DNA of 64,000 nt. It comes from Eledone cirrhosa (taxonomy: Eukaryota). The notes beneath the pieces were generated by a model. It was not told the DNA's origin and searched no databases. It saw only the letters and a list, made by a program, of their open reading frames with translations. Position numbers and translations under genes: made by a program. Positions within the stretch are counted from its first letter, which is position 1, and every line of letters starts with the position of its first letter. Positions 42,601-55,181 of the stretch are shown here, piece after piece. The stretch lies in the NCBI GenBank assembly GCA_964016885.1, contig OZ024742.1, positions 284,394,001 to 284,458,000 of the forward strand, in the 5' to 3' direction.

Positions 42601-43110
42601 TGTGTATAGATGTATGTGTGTGTGTATAGATGTATGTGAGTGTGTGTATAGATGTATGTGAGTGTGTGTATAGATGTATGTGAGTGTGTGTATAGATGTA
42701 TGTGAGTGTGTGTATAGATGTATGTGAGTGTGTATAGATGTATGTGAGTGTGTGTATAGATGTATGTGAGTGTGTGTCTATAGATGTATGTGTGTGTGTG
42801 TATTGATGTATGTGAGTGTGTGTATAGATGTATGTGAGTGTGTGTATAGATGTATGTGAGTGTGTCTATAGATGTATATGTGTGTGTGTCTATAGATGTA
42901 TATGTGTGTGTGTGTATAGATGTATGTGCGTGTGTGTATAGATGTATGTGAGTCTGTGTATAGAAGTATGAGTGTGTGTATAGATATATCTGAGTGTGTG
43001 TATAGATGTATGTGAGTGTGTGTATAGGTGTATGTGAGTGTATGTATAGATGTATGTGTGTGTGTGTAGATATGGGTATGCATGTGTGCGTGTGTATAGA
43101 TGTGTGTCTG
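33671..43110. repeat. ~9.4-kb minisatellite, 20-bp consensus GTATAGATGTATGTGAGTGT with 16-24-bp variants
   Basis: Continuous tandem array; decays into (GT)n and a degenerate tail to ~43325. Confidence 0.98.
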
Positions 43111-43172
<62 letters not shown>

Positions 43173-43393
43173 TGTGTAGATAAGTGTGTGCATATGTATG
43201 TATAGATGTTTGTGTGTGTAGATGTGTGTCTGTAGATATGTGTCTGTAGAAGTGTGTGTGTAGATGTGTGGGTATACATATATGCATATATAGGTATATT
43301 TGTGTGTGTGCGTGTAGGTATATAGATAAACATTTACTGACGATATGACTCCTACTTGTCATAGGGTGACCTTTGTTATATATATATATATAT

Positions 43394-43700
43394 TTGTTTC
43401 TACTTTTGGCACAAGGCCAGCAATTAAACTAGTGTATTACTGGTACTTTATTTTATCGACCCCGTTAGGATGAAAGGCAATGTTAACCTCGGCGGGATTT
43501 GAACTCAGAATGACAAGGCTCGTAACTCTTTGCTGCAAAATTGGTGGGTTGACAGAATTTGTAGCACATCGGACAAAATGCCCTTGATGCAATTGTATAG
43601 ATTCTTTACGTTCTGAGTTAAAATCCCTCCAAGATTAAATTTGCCTTTCATCTTTCCGTAGTCGATAAAAGAAAGTACCAGTCAAGTACTGGGGTCGTTA
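43394..43700. mobile_element. Young SINE (minus, 43394-43540) abutting an older SINE (plus, 43541-43700)
   Basis: Consensus matches in opposite orientations. Confidence 0.85.
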
Positions 43701-43859
43701 TTATAGGTATCTTGATGAACTGGTAATAGAATTTCATTTAACATCTAATCATCATGTATTACGTTTGTAATATCATAATGACTAAAATAAAGGGGGCGGT
43801 GGGAGGAGATGCGGTCCCAGACTGTGTAGGTGAGCGTTTCTAGAGTGTGGGAACACACG

Positions 43860-44092
43860 CGCAGGCCACCTCGTAGTCCCAGTGGACCGAATAGAAAAAG
43901 CGTTGGATAAAGGAAACAATGTTTCTAGTGGTCTTTCCATTATTGATACTATCGGCCGGTCGCAACTCCTGGCTGAAGGAGCGACGTGAAACAAAGCGTA
44001 TTACTCAAGAGCACAATGCACCGCTGGATCCAGAAATCGAACTCACGATTTTATGATCGTCAGTCCAACACCCTAACCATTAGACCACGCGT
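43860..44092 (-). mobile_element. tRNA-head SINE, second family
   Basis: Minus strand GCGTGGTCTAATGGTTAGGG (A box)..GAGTTCGATTTC (B box)..GCATTGTGCTCTTGAG. Confidence 0.7.
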
Positions 44093-44527
44093 AACGACAC
44101 AAAGAAAGACAAAAAAATGAAAGAGCAGAAAAGAGAGAAAAAGTCGGACAGATTTGCGGGGTGGGGACAAACTCTACACCCTTGGCTGGACGGAGTAACA
44201 GCTTACGATACTCGCTGCTTCAGTTATTCCACCCCACAAGATACTCGCTGCTTCAGTTATTCCACGCCTTGATGTGGCGGAGGTAAACGGCAATCCGAGG
44301 TCCAAGGACCTAAGAAGTAACAATAACAAACAGCATAAAAAAGGAAGGCTAAGTTAATGGGGGTATTTTTGTTTGGAGAGAGTGGAGAGAAATGTGTTTG
44401 TGTGTAAAGTCGATGGTTGTGCAGATTTACACGAAGAACATACACAGACGTACACGTAAGGTGTGCGTGTGTGTGAGAGAGGGAGAGAACGAAAGAGAGA
44501 GAGAGTGCAAATGAAATAGGAAGAAAG

Positions 44528-44586
<59 letters not shown>

Positions 44587-45227
44587 GGAAGAAGATGCGT
44601 GTGCAAGATCATGTAAAGCCAGTAATAAATTAAAGATGTAAAATGTAGGCCCCCAAAACATGAAAAATGGGTATCACACCAATTGAACAAAAACCAGAAA
44701 ATCGCCGCTATGAAATCTAATATTCCATTATTTTATCGCAATTTCTTTTTTATCGTATTTTGACCGCGTTGTGACATGCAAATAAATATAGACCCTATGA
44801 AATAAACTGACTACGTTCATGACAGTGGATGGACCGGAATGAAGTTCCTAACCTGAAGTTAGACAACAAATTTTCAACTTTGAAAATTTGTTGTGTCAAC
44901 AACATTTTTTGAGTAGTTAGATTCGATTTAATTTGATTGAAATAGTCAATTATTAACGATCCTAGGGTGATATGTAACACACACGATGAAACACGTGTCA
45001 CTGTTATGAAATAAATATTATTCCAACTCTTCTGGATTGTGATGTTTTTAAATAACAATTTTGTAAATTTCTATATACACTCCGTAAATTATTATACTTG
45101 GAACCTTTAGTAGAACTACCACAGAATTTACCAAATGAAATAATTCGACCGTTGAGTAAAACACTACTGTAAGCGTTCCCTGATTCTTGTTTAATTGATT
45201 ACTCTAACGGAAACTGAATAATGCTAT

Positions 45228-45286
<59 letters not shown>

Positions 45287-45435
45287 CTTCTCTCTCTCTC
45301 TCTCTCTACCTCTACCCCTTTCTATCTCTGTATATATATATATGTATATATATATTCTCTCTCACCCTTAGTCTCCTTCTCTACTCTTCTCAATCTCTCT
45401 TTCCCCCCACGTCCTCTCTCTCTCTCGCCCCCCCC

Positions 45436-45473
<38 letters not shown>

Positions 45474-45591
45474 TTAACCTGTTTTTTTAACCTGTTAGTT
45501 TGTTCGTTATGTTGGTATTGTATGGTTGGGTTTTGCCTACCGCAATGTTCAATGTGTCAAGCTATTTAAACGTATGTTATTAATCCCTCCC

Positions 45592-45692
45592 AGGTTAACT
45601 TTGCCTTTCATCCTTACGGGGTCGATAAAATAAAGTACCAGTAATACACTGGGATAATTGCTGGCCTTGTGCCAAAAAGTAGAAACAGTTAT
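45592..45692 (+). mobile_element. 5'-truncated young SINE
   Basis: Match to the 3' half of the consensus. Confidence 0.88.
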
Positions 45693-46130
45693 TACACTAA
45701 GGACCTACCCTTATTGAGTGCTTTGCTACTCATTCCTTATTGTAGGTCGACTTTGCTTGGCCACAGCCAAAGCTTCGATTTTACTAAGCTTCCACTTATA
45801 TATATATATATATATATGTATGTAAAAGGTAATCAGAAATAACAACACAATCGGTACTGTATATGGAAGGTATATATTAGGTTAACGCTTGATATAGCAG
45901 GAGCAAAACGTCAATAAGTACAAACAAGTACAAACAAGTACAAACAAGTATAAACAGTAGAAAAATACGATACAATATTGACATATGTTTGTTTAACGCT
46001 TGATATAGTCGGGAAAAGAGTCTTAACGTTTCCGACGTTATTCCTTCAGCAGAAGATAGAAGAAATAGAAAAGTAGACGAGAGACAGAAAACGAAAAAAC
46101 GAGGAATTTTTCGCTCTACATGGCTGAATA

Positions 46131-46589
46131 CAATAAATGTAATCTGAGGTTTTCGAATATTAATAATAACATTTGATTCGTTTGCAATTATGAAAACAAG
46201 CCTCATTTTTAAAGCTATGTCAGTAGAATGAACCCTTCATTCTTGCTTTTCTGTTTACATGCCAACACAAGAGCAAGAATGAAGGGTTCATTCTACTGAC
46301 ATGGCTTTAAAAATGAGGCTTGTTTGCATAATTGCAAACGAATCGAATGTTATTATTAATATTCGAAAGCGCGGTGGATTGGCAGTATCGGTAGAGGGTC
46401 GGACGCCATGCTTTCCAGCATAGTTACGACCCTTGCTATTCTGAGTTCAAATCCAGCCGAGGTTAACTTTGCCTTTCATCCTTACGGGGTCGATAAAATA
46501 AAGTACCAGTAATGCACTGGGTAATTGCTGGCCTTGTGCCATAAGTAGAAACAATTATTAATATTCGAAAACCTCAGATTACATTTATT
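46131..46589. repeat. ~120-bp-arm palindrome with a SINE (46369-46556, plus) inserted in the right arm
   Basis: 46131-46250 is the reverse complement of 46269-46368 plus 46570-46589. The SINE is flanked by the 16-bp TSD TTATTAATATTCGAAA. Confidence 0.9.
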
Positions 46590-46598
46590 ATATATATA

Positions 46599-47529
46599 TA
46601 AATATAAAGATTTACATATACATAAAGTCACAGATATATATGTGGCAACAGTTCACGATGTGGCTCAATGAAGAATTAATAAATTAAATAATCAGAGCAA
46701 TATATCATAAATCATGTCCTTAGAATTATTAGATAAAATATATACCATTTCTTCTCCCAATTAGCATAATTAACCATATAAAAATTAGACCAGGCTATAA
46801 GAATAAAGGCTCCTATGAAGAAATATTTGATAAATAACCGAAAGCGGCCTCTTCGCGGTTGACCCCAATAGGGTATTTACCTAACATTTCAACAGCATGT
46901 AGAAACTGACTAAATATACCGTCAACCATACACAATTAGGTATAAATTTAAAGTTAGAAGAAACGTGTACATACCGTAATTACATCTCTACCATGGTTTC
47001 GTTCGTATTTTGAGATATCCTATTATTAAGGATGAATCTAGAGTAACGAACTCATCAGGAGACAAACTCAATCGGACAGTTAATTTTCCAAAGCGATCGC
47101 GCCAGAAATAGATTTAAAAAATGACTAAGAATCGTGACGTGGCAGTGGTCAAGTTAGAAAGAATGTGATTAGTTGCTTACGGCGAGTAGACTGGTTGCTA
47201 GAAAGCGCAGCCCAATATCGCCCAATTGCATCTCAACCCAACGGGAGATTATTAAATATAAAGATTTACATATACATAAAGTCACAGATATATATGTGGC
47301 AACCGGTCACGATGTGGTTCAATGAAGAATTAATAAAGAATTAATAAATACCCTATTGCGGTCAACCGCGAAGAGGCCGCTTTCGGTTATTTATCAAATA
47401 TTTCTTCATAGGAGCCTTTATTCTTATAGCCTGGTCTAATTAAATTTTTATATGGTTAATTATGCTAATTGGGAGAGGAAATGGTATATATTTTATCTAA
47501 TAATTCTAAGGACATGATTTATGATATAT
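46599..47529 (-). mobile_element. ORF-less hammerhead-carrying element with PLE-like partial tandem plus inverted segment
   Basis: Direct repeat 46599-46683 / 47253-47337; inverted repeat 46700-46879 / 47345-47529; hammerhead in between. Confidence 0.7.
46984..47063 (-). ncRNA. Type I hammerhead ribozyme (intact core)
   Basis: Minus strand: GTCTC-CTGATGA-GTTCGT[..ATCCT taataat AGGAT..]ACGAAC-GAAA-CCATGG-TA-GAGAT. Stem I is 5 bp, stem II is 6 bp plus an extension, stem III is palindromic, and the cleavage triplet is GUA. Confidence 0.85.
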
Positions 47530-47552
47530 ATATATATATATATATAATAGAG

Positions 47553-47741
47553 ATAATTGTTTCTACTTTTGGCACAAGGCCAGCAATTATCCCAGTGTAT
47601 TACTGGTACTTTTTATTATCGACCCCGTGAGGATGAAAGGCAAAGTTAACGTCGGCGGGTTTTGAACTCAGTCCGTAAAGGGACGTAACTGTGCTGCAAA
47701 GCATGGCGTCCGATCCTCTACCGATACTGCCAATCCACCGC
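47553..47741 (-). mobile_element. Full-length young SINE
   Basis: Consensus match; TSD ATATATAATAGAGATAAT on both sides. Confidence 0.92.
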
Positions 47742-47969
47742 TATATATAATAGAGATAATGTACGCGTGCGTATGAGACAGATGCGCACATGTGTGTGTA
47801 TGTGAGTAAAAGAGAGAGAAAGAGAGAGAGAGAGGGGGTAGGGAGAGAGAACGTGTGCATGTGTATGTGACTGGATATGTGTGTGAAAGAGATAAAAGTG
47901 AGACAGACAGTGAAAGATAAAGAGAAAGAGTGAGTCGGAGAGATGCGCAAAAACAAAGATATTAGGAGA

Positions 47970-47975
47970 AATATA

Positions 47976-48037
<62 letters not shown>

Positions 48038-48161
48038 TATACATATATATACATGTATATACATATATATATATATGTCTACACACATATATATATATAT
48101 ACATATAAGCATATACATATATATATATACATACACACAGAGACGCGCGCGCGCGCACACG

Positions 48162-48196
<35 letters not shown>

Positions 48197-48350
48197 TATA
48201 GAGATAAAAAAAAAACAGATTCCCTCTGTACCAAACATGTCTCCACCAAACATAAAGCATTGTAACATATGTTAAATTTTACTCCCTTGAAAGTTACTTG
48301 CTTTCATCCAGTTTCACACCCTCCACAGACAGCCGAATGTGTGTGGGTGG

Positions 48351-48424
<74 letters not shown>

Positions 48425-48580
48425 CTATTGTAGAGCTGGTTAACTGTCTGCATGCACATCTGCATTTGTATACATGCATACACACACTCACACAAAAGCA
48501 CATATGTATATACACTCGTATATATACGCACACACAAGCACATACACATATATACACACACACATACACATACACATATA

Positions 48581-48658
<78 letters not shown>

Positions 48659-48759
48659 TATAAATATATACAAACACACAGATACACACTCATATATATG
48701 TGTACATATATGTATAAATATAAATATAAACATATAAACATATATATATATACACATAC

Positions 48760-48844
<85 letters not shown>

Positions 48845-48990
48845 TGTGTGTGTCTGTGTGTGTATGTGTGTGCGTGTGCGTGTGTGAGAGTGTGTATGTG
48901 TGTGTTTGTATCTGTGTATCTGCGGCGTGTGTGTATGTTGTGTGAGTATTTGTGTCTATATGTGTATGCTTGCTAATATGAATTTGTGTG
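47970..48990. repeat. (TA)n/(GT)n/(CA)n microsatellite field
   Basis: Direct reading of the sequence. Confidence 0.95.
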
Positions 48991-49370
48991 TTGGTGTATA
49001 TGACTTTCTTTTATTTTTATTTTGGATGTATTTTCATCTCTGTGTGTGCGTGTTTGCGCTTGGGTATATGCGTATATACGTGTTTGTGTTGTTTAATCCC
49101 AGGTCACCCTGTATCGGACAGACCTATAATCAAAGAAATTCCATCTGAGACCACACTGTCATCTTTTTAGGTATTTCTTGAACTATACTCATGTGCACTT
49201 CCATTTTCTAAAAAAGACAAAAAGCCAGAAGTAATGTGTGATTTGAGTGTTATTTCTGGCAGACTAAGTGATAGCGCAGAAGCTTTCTCACCCAGATGTC
49301 GACTAAGCTTTCATGGAACCTTTGGCTGAAAATTTCAACAGGTCCATTGCTTATTATATATGGTAGGAAA

Positions 49371-49918
49371 AGGGTGGTGGATTGGCAGTGTCGGTAGAGC
49401 GTCGGACAATATGCTTCATGGTATCGAGTTACGCTCCTTTAAGTTCTGAGTTCAAATCCCGCCGGGGTTAGCTTTACCTATCATCCTTACGGGGTCGATA
49501 AAATAAAGCACCAGTAATGCACTGGGGTCGACTTAATCGACTTTCCTCTCTCCCAAATTGCTGGCTTTGTGCCTATAGTAGAAATCCTTGTTTATGGAAG
49601 GAAAAAGCTCAATTTCCTGATAGAGTCAAAGGGGCATTTTAAATTTGACGGAGCCCATCCTCCTCTCTTCAGGTTTTAACACAGCCGAAGAAGAAGAAGA
49701 AGAAGAAGAAGAAGAAGAAGAGAGGGAGGAGACTGAGAGAGAGGGAAAGAAAGAAAGTGATAGAGATGAAATGAGAAAGAGGTATAGAAGAAGAATAGAG
49801 CCCAGTACTGGACGGGTACTTTTTTATTGACCCCGAACGGATGAAAGGCAACGTTGACCTCGGTGAGATTTGAATTAAAAGTGTCGGAACGAAATGACTC
49901 TGACAATTCCCCACCGCC
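49371..49918. mobile_element. Two SINEs tail-to-tail (49371-49590 plus; 49800-49918 minus)
   Basis: Consensus matches. Confidence 0.8.
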
Positions 49919-50927
49919 TATTAAGGAAGAGAAATTAAAAATGGGAGGGTGATAAATATTATTATTGTGATGAAGAGCATGGGTGATTGGAGAGGGATAG
50001 AAATAAATGCCTTCTTTTCTTTGTTTGTGTATCAAGTAGCCTTTTTTTACTCTTAACTTCGTGCACCATATGAAATCACATTGGTAAGATATTCTTGGAA
50101 AGTACAAAACAGTGCTATGACTGCATCGCATTAAAAATTATACTCTACCTTAGTTTATTGCTATTTAACGCAATGATTTGTCTACTAGTAAAGATACTAT
50201 AAACATTTGAATTAACAAATTCGCTTTTAGATATTGCTCAATCATTACAGGATGTTAAGTTGATCTTGTAAATGCCAATTTCCTATTAAAATCTAATAGT
50301 GTATTCTTATATTTCGTGAAACCAGGCGCCAGGCCACGTGGTGTCATGGCGTCATCATCATCATCGCATCATTGCCATCGTCTTCGCCATCGCCATCGCC
50401 ACTATATTAGTACTTTCATGAGCCAGCACATGATCGTCTCTTTTTGCTTGCTTTACAGCCTAGTTTTTATCAAATTTAACAATATATTCGTTTTTTTCTA
50501 TTAATTAGAAAGTATTGGGTAATGCAGCCTCATACACACTATGTCTGAAAATATTATGAGATAGTTACGGTTTGGATAGCTTTCATCATAAGTATGTTAG
50601 GTCAAGTCTTGCTGGAAGTTAACAAAAACTAAAGCCACAAGTCCTTATCAGAAATAGAAGAAAGGAGGTTGTCAGTTGTGTGTGTCACAAAACATTGCGT
50701 CTCCCTTCCTGAGGAAGTAGTCCACGAACAGGCAAGGAGAAATGCGTTAGACTTCTGCTTCACGAAAAGCAATGAGGTTTTCAGTGTGCCTTCAAAAGAG
50801 TAACTAAAGGAGGCCCTATCCGATCTGTGGGGTGATGTAGATTCCATTAATCGCAGTTGGATATATAGCAGTGTTTTGCGTGGTTTTAGAAACTGGTGCC
50901 GAGATGACAAGCAAATATAATGCCTCA

Positions 50928-51071
<144 letters not shown>

Positions 51072-52548
51072 AACACACACACACACAAACACACACGAGC
51101 CTATAGGCATAAACTGCAATACATGAACCAGTGTAATACATAGGTACAATCAAGGATCTTGGCCCCTTGTCATCTTTGTAGCAATATATGGGAAGGTGTT
51201 GAGTATAGATGTGAAGAAAAATAATATGTGGTTGGGAAGTGTATGGTATTTAGATACACAAGTCTTGATGACTTCCGAAAACTACAAGGCCATTCTAAGG
51301 ATATACCCCATGAAACCTCCTATGAGATGCAACCTCGTAAGAGGTCGGCTAAACATGTATAGGTGTGAGCTGTAAATTTCATTTCATTTATTTATCCGTG
51401 TTTTTCCTGTTCTTTAAATTATATCATTTTATTTTTATTGCATGTTTTAATATAATTATCTATTTATTATGTGTATTTCATATTAAACACGTCCATATGC
51501 TTATTGTATATTATCACTGTCTAAGTTCACTGAATAATGTCCCTATATAAGATCACTCTATAATGCCACTGTGTAACGGCACTTACCTCCCTGACAAAAC
51601 ATTTTTTTTAAATGTCCTCTGTATACTTCCTCCCTTGAAGATTTTCTCTAGATTGATTTTTCCCTTCAACTCTTGGGTTCCTGTACGACATGAAACCACA
51701 TTAGTAAGACATTAAAAATTAAAGTCTTTACTCTAATATTGCACATTTTCACCACAACCTCTCCAATACTGAAGATACTGTACTATGAATAATTGAATTA
51801 ACGAACCACATTAAAAAGTGAAGCCTTTAACCTAATACAGTAAATTTTCACAACGATCAGTCCACCAGTAAAGATACTATAAACATTTGAATAAACAGAA
51901 CCATTTTTAGATATTTTTTAAATCATTAAAAAATAGGATGCTAAGATGTAGATGCTTTGCACATTGTCACCTTTGTGACACAGTGTGGGCATGTGCTTAG
52001 AAAATCGAGGATCGGCGTGTTCAGGTGAAGGAGTCCCAAGAGATATAATTGCTAATGAACCCAGAAGGCCACAGACATCCTGGAACTGTCCTACTGAGGG
52101 TGCAAAGGGAAAAGCCCCATGGGAAAACTGGAACAGATGGTCTGCTGCTACACGTGTGACCGTAAGAGGCATTTGAAGACTTCATTTCCATAAAGACTTG
52201 AGAAACATAGAAAAAAACAGTTAGCATTGTCAACAACAATTTAAACGTTTATATATAACTTAGTTTATATATGACAGTTCGGAGACCGAGAAAATCACAA
52301 ATAAGGGTAGTATTCGATGCATTTTGAGTTGTAGAGTAGGTATATTTCTAACGGAGGTATAATTATAAGGTATAGTTCTAACGGTTTCGATTTGATCTAC
52401 ATTAGTCTCATCAGTAAGGATGAGATTGAAGTCGAAACATTGAGGACCTTTCGTTGGAACTATATATTAACCTGGTTTATATTATAACCCCTATGTGTCG
52501 CGTTTTCATTCTATGAATAGGTCCTTAGTAGCAAATAAAGGGAAAGGT

Positions 52549-52616
<68 letters not shown>

Positions 52617-52773
52617 TCATCATCTCCATTATCGTTATTATTATTATTATGTAGCAAGTCTACATATGCTTTAACCGTATTAATATGTTATAAACATTAA
52701 ATTTGCTTTCACAAACTGACTGAACACTGTGTGTGTAGAAACATACATACACATTCATCTCTCAAGTTGTCTT

Positions 52774-52885
<112 letters not shown>

Positions 52886-52899
52886 ACGTATATATATAA

Positions 52900-53785
52900 T
52901 ACAGAGTCGCTTATTTCTTTGAGCATACGTCTTTTAATAGCTCTGACTTTTTTCTAACTGAATATCATTTCTTTTCAGATAAATGATGACAGACATGAAG
53001 CTAACTCAGCAAAAGAAAAGGCACATTGTCATCATTGCGTTAAAGGCAGAGCACAGTGTTTTAGAGAGTGCTTGCTTCCTGAAAGTTGCACGGTCATTTC
53101 TTGTTAAAGTTGGCCAAGAACTGGAAGCCGCTGACGGGGTTTGTACAGCAGTAGCCAAACGTAAAACGCCTGCTAAGGATCCTAATACCATCAGAACATC
53201 TAAATTTAAACACAAGACGCGGAAAATTGTCGATAATTAGAACCATTGTTAAGGAGCCCAAGGTTTCAAGACACACCATCGAAAGATTTGTGATGCGGGG
53301 AGGCGAATTCATGCCTGCAAAGAAAAGGAAAAAGATGTGATCCGCACACTAAGCGCTTGTTCAATAAGTTGAAACATCATGAGTCTGGATTGCTTTGGGG
53401 TTTTTTTTTTTTTTTTTTTTTTTTTGCTATAAGAAAAACTTTCAGCACCAAAAAGTCAGTTGAAGGAATGACAGATGGTTATGCAAAGACCCTAAAGATG
53501 TTCCAACGGTCATCCACACAAAGCTTCCAGCAACTGTGATGGTTCTGCGTGTCGTGAGCAACAGGGGAGATGTCATATTTCCTCATTTCTCTCATCAGGG
53601 CTTAAGGGTCAAGGCTGCTATTTATAAGGTGGTGTTCGAGAGGGTTGTGAGGCCTTGGATAGAGAGCGTGAGCAATGGAAGACTGTACAACTACCAACAA
53701 GACTCTGTGTCATCTCATAAGACCTTGACGACCCAGGAATGGATGAGTCATAATTTCCACGACCGCGTCAACGCAAACATATGGC
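52900..53785 (+). mobile_element. Tc1/mariner-superfamily (maT/DD37D-like) transposase pseudogene
   Basis: N-terminal HTH-like region in ORF 52983..53240. Catalytic region MVLRVVSNRGDVIFPHF..VVRPWI..YQQDSVSSHK..TQEWM..NIW. Broken by stops and frameshifts and truncated by a SINE. Confidence 0.8.
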
Positions 53786-54134
53786 AGAAGACAGCGGGAT
53801 TTGAACTCAGATGACAGAAAACTGGATCCGATACGGTCAAACATCTCAATACTTCAATACTTCATTTATCGACCCTAAAAAGATGAAAAGCCAAGTTGAC
53901 CTCGGCAACATTTGAACATAGAGCTCAGAAAGCTGGAACAAATATTGAGACGTTTAATCTAATACTCTTACAACTGTAGATTCGCTGTTGAGGTCAAAGC
54001 TTGTTTAAATATTTACAATACATTTCGATTAGTTTTTGCTTCAATTCACTTTTAAATACCGTCTTTTATTCCTGGTTGTGTTCATATAATACCAGACTTA
54101 ACTCAAACTAGAAACCTCTATTTCTAAGCTAAAA

Positions 54135-54330
54135 TAATGGTTTCTGATTTAGACAAAAGGTCAACAATTTTGGAAGGAGGGTAAAGTCGATTAAATCGAC
54201 CCCAGTGCGTGACTGGTACTTTATTTTATCGACCTCGTAAAGGATGAAAAATCAACCTTGGCCGAATAAGAACTCAGAAGGTAAAGGACTGTAACTCTAT
54301 GCCGCAAAGCATGTTGTGCGACGTTCTATC
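54135..54330 (-). mobile_element. SINE copy (further fragments at 53790-53990)
   Basis: CTGGTACTTTATTTTATCGACCTCGTAAAGGATGAAA core. Confidence 0.8.
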
Positions 54331-54414
54331 GATAGGGTCATCAATGGATGTTATTTATTTATTATTTTTTATTATTTTGATATCGTGGGATGTTATCGTG
54401 CTGCAACAATTTAA

Positions 54415-54810
54415 AATTACGACCGCGAAAACAAGCGGCCGAAATGGGGTTCCTCCGAAGGGTCTTTGGAGTAACGTTACTCGATAAAGTGAGTAGCTCG
54501 GAGATCAGAGAGTCACTCCATGTAGAGCCGCTACTTCTCACAAATTGAGAGATCACAGCTCTGATACTATGGGTATGTGGTTAGAATGTCTCAGGAAAGA
54601 ATCGCTGAACAGAATTTACAGGCAAAACTAACAGGTAGGAGACCCAGAGGTAGACTTCGAGCAAGATGCTTGGATAACATCCATGCTTGGGAATCCGGCC
54701 GGATTAGTTGGAGACGGTTGCTTCTGACAGGACCCTTTGGAAGGAGTGTTTGAGCACTCTGTCCCCACGACCCTCTCAGGAAGAGGTGGGTGAAGAAGGG
54801 TGATGACATT
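54415..54810 (+). mobile_element. 5'-truncated RTE-clade LINE between ~80-bp direct repeats
   Basis: QAAEMGFLRRVFGVTLLDKVSSSEIRESLHVEPLLL..YGYVVRMSQER..TGRRPRGRLRARCLDNI. Flanks 54335-54414 and 54811-54890 are near-identical. Confidence 0.88.
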
Positions 54811-54892
54811 GGGTCATCAACGGATGTTATTTATTACTTTTTATTATTTTGATAAATACACAGGGATGTTATCGTGCTGCAACAATTTAAGT

Positions 54893-55181
54893 CAGGCATG
54901 GGCAACCTTTTTCGAGAAGCGGGCCGCATGAGATATGGCTCATCATCAAGGGGGCCGCAAGCGCTAATTTACATTCATGCCCACATAAAAAAAAGGTGGT
55001 AACTCAGATTGTTTTGATTTGTTTCTTCAGAATTCGTACACGTTGTTTTCCATGATCGTAAAAATGATAGAAAGATAAATTACGACTGAAAAGTTGGGGT
55101 AAAAAAATCAGAAAGATTTCACTTAGGTGATTTAGGCGAGCCATTCAGAAAGCTTCGCGGACCGCAGGTTACCCATGACTG
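54893..55181. mobile_element. hAT MITE
   Basis: TIRs CAGGCATGGGCAACCT / AGGTTACCCATGACTG; TSD ATTTAAGT. Confidence 0.9.

Noticed and set aside
33671-43110. Possible CRISPR array or telomeric repeat
   Set aside because: There are no unique spacers, the unit is not TTAGGG-like, and the context is eukaryotic and interstitial.
41937-43362. Long His/Thr/Tyr-rich ORFs (418 aa, 194 aa)
   Set aside because: They are translations of the minisatellite and show no coding signal.
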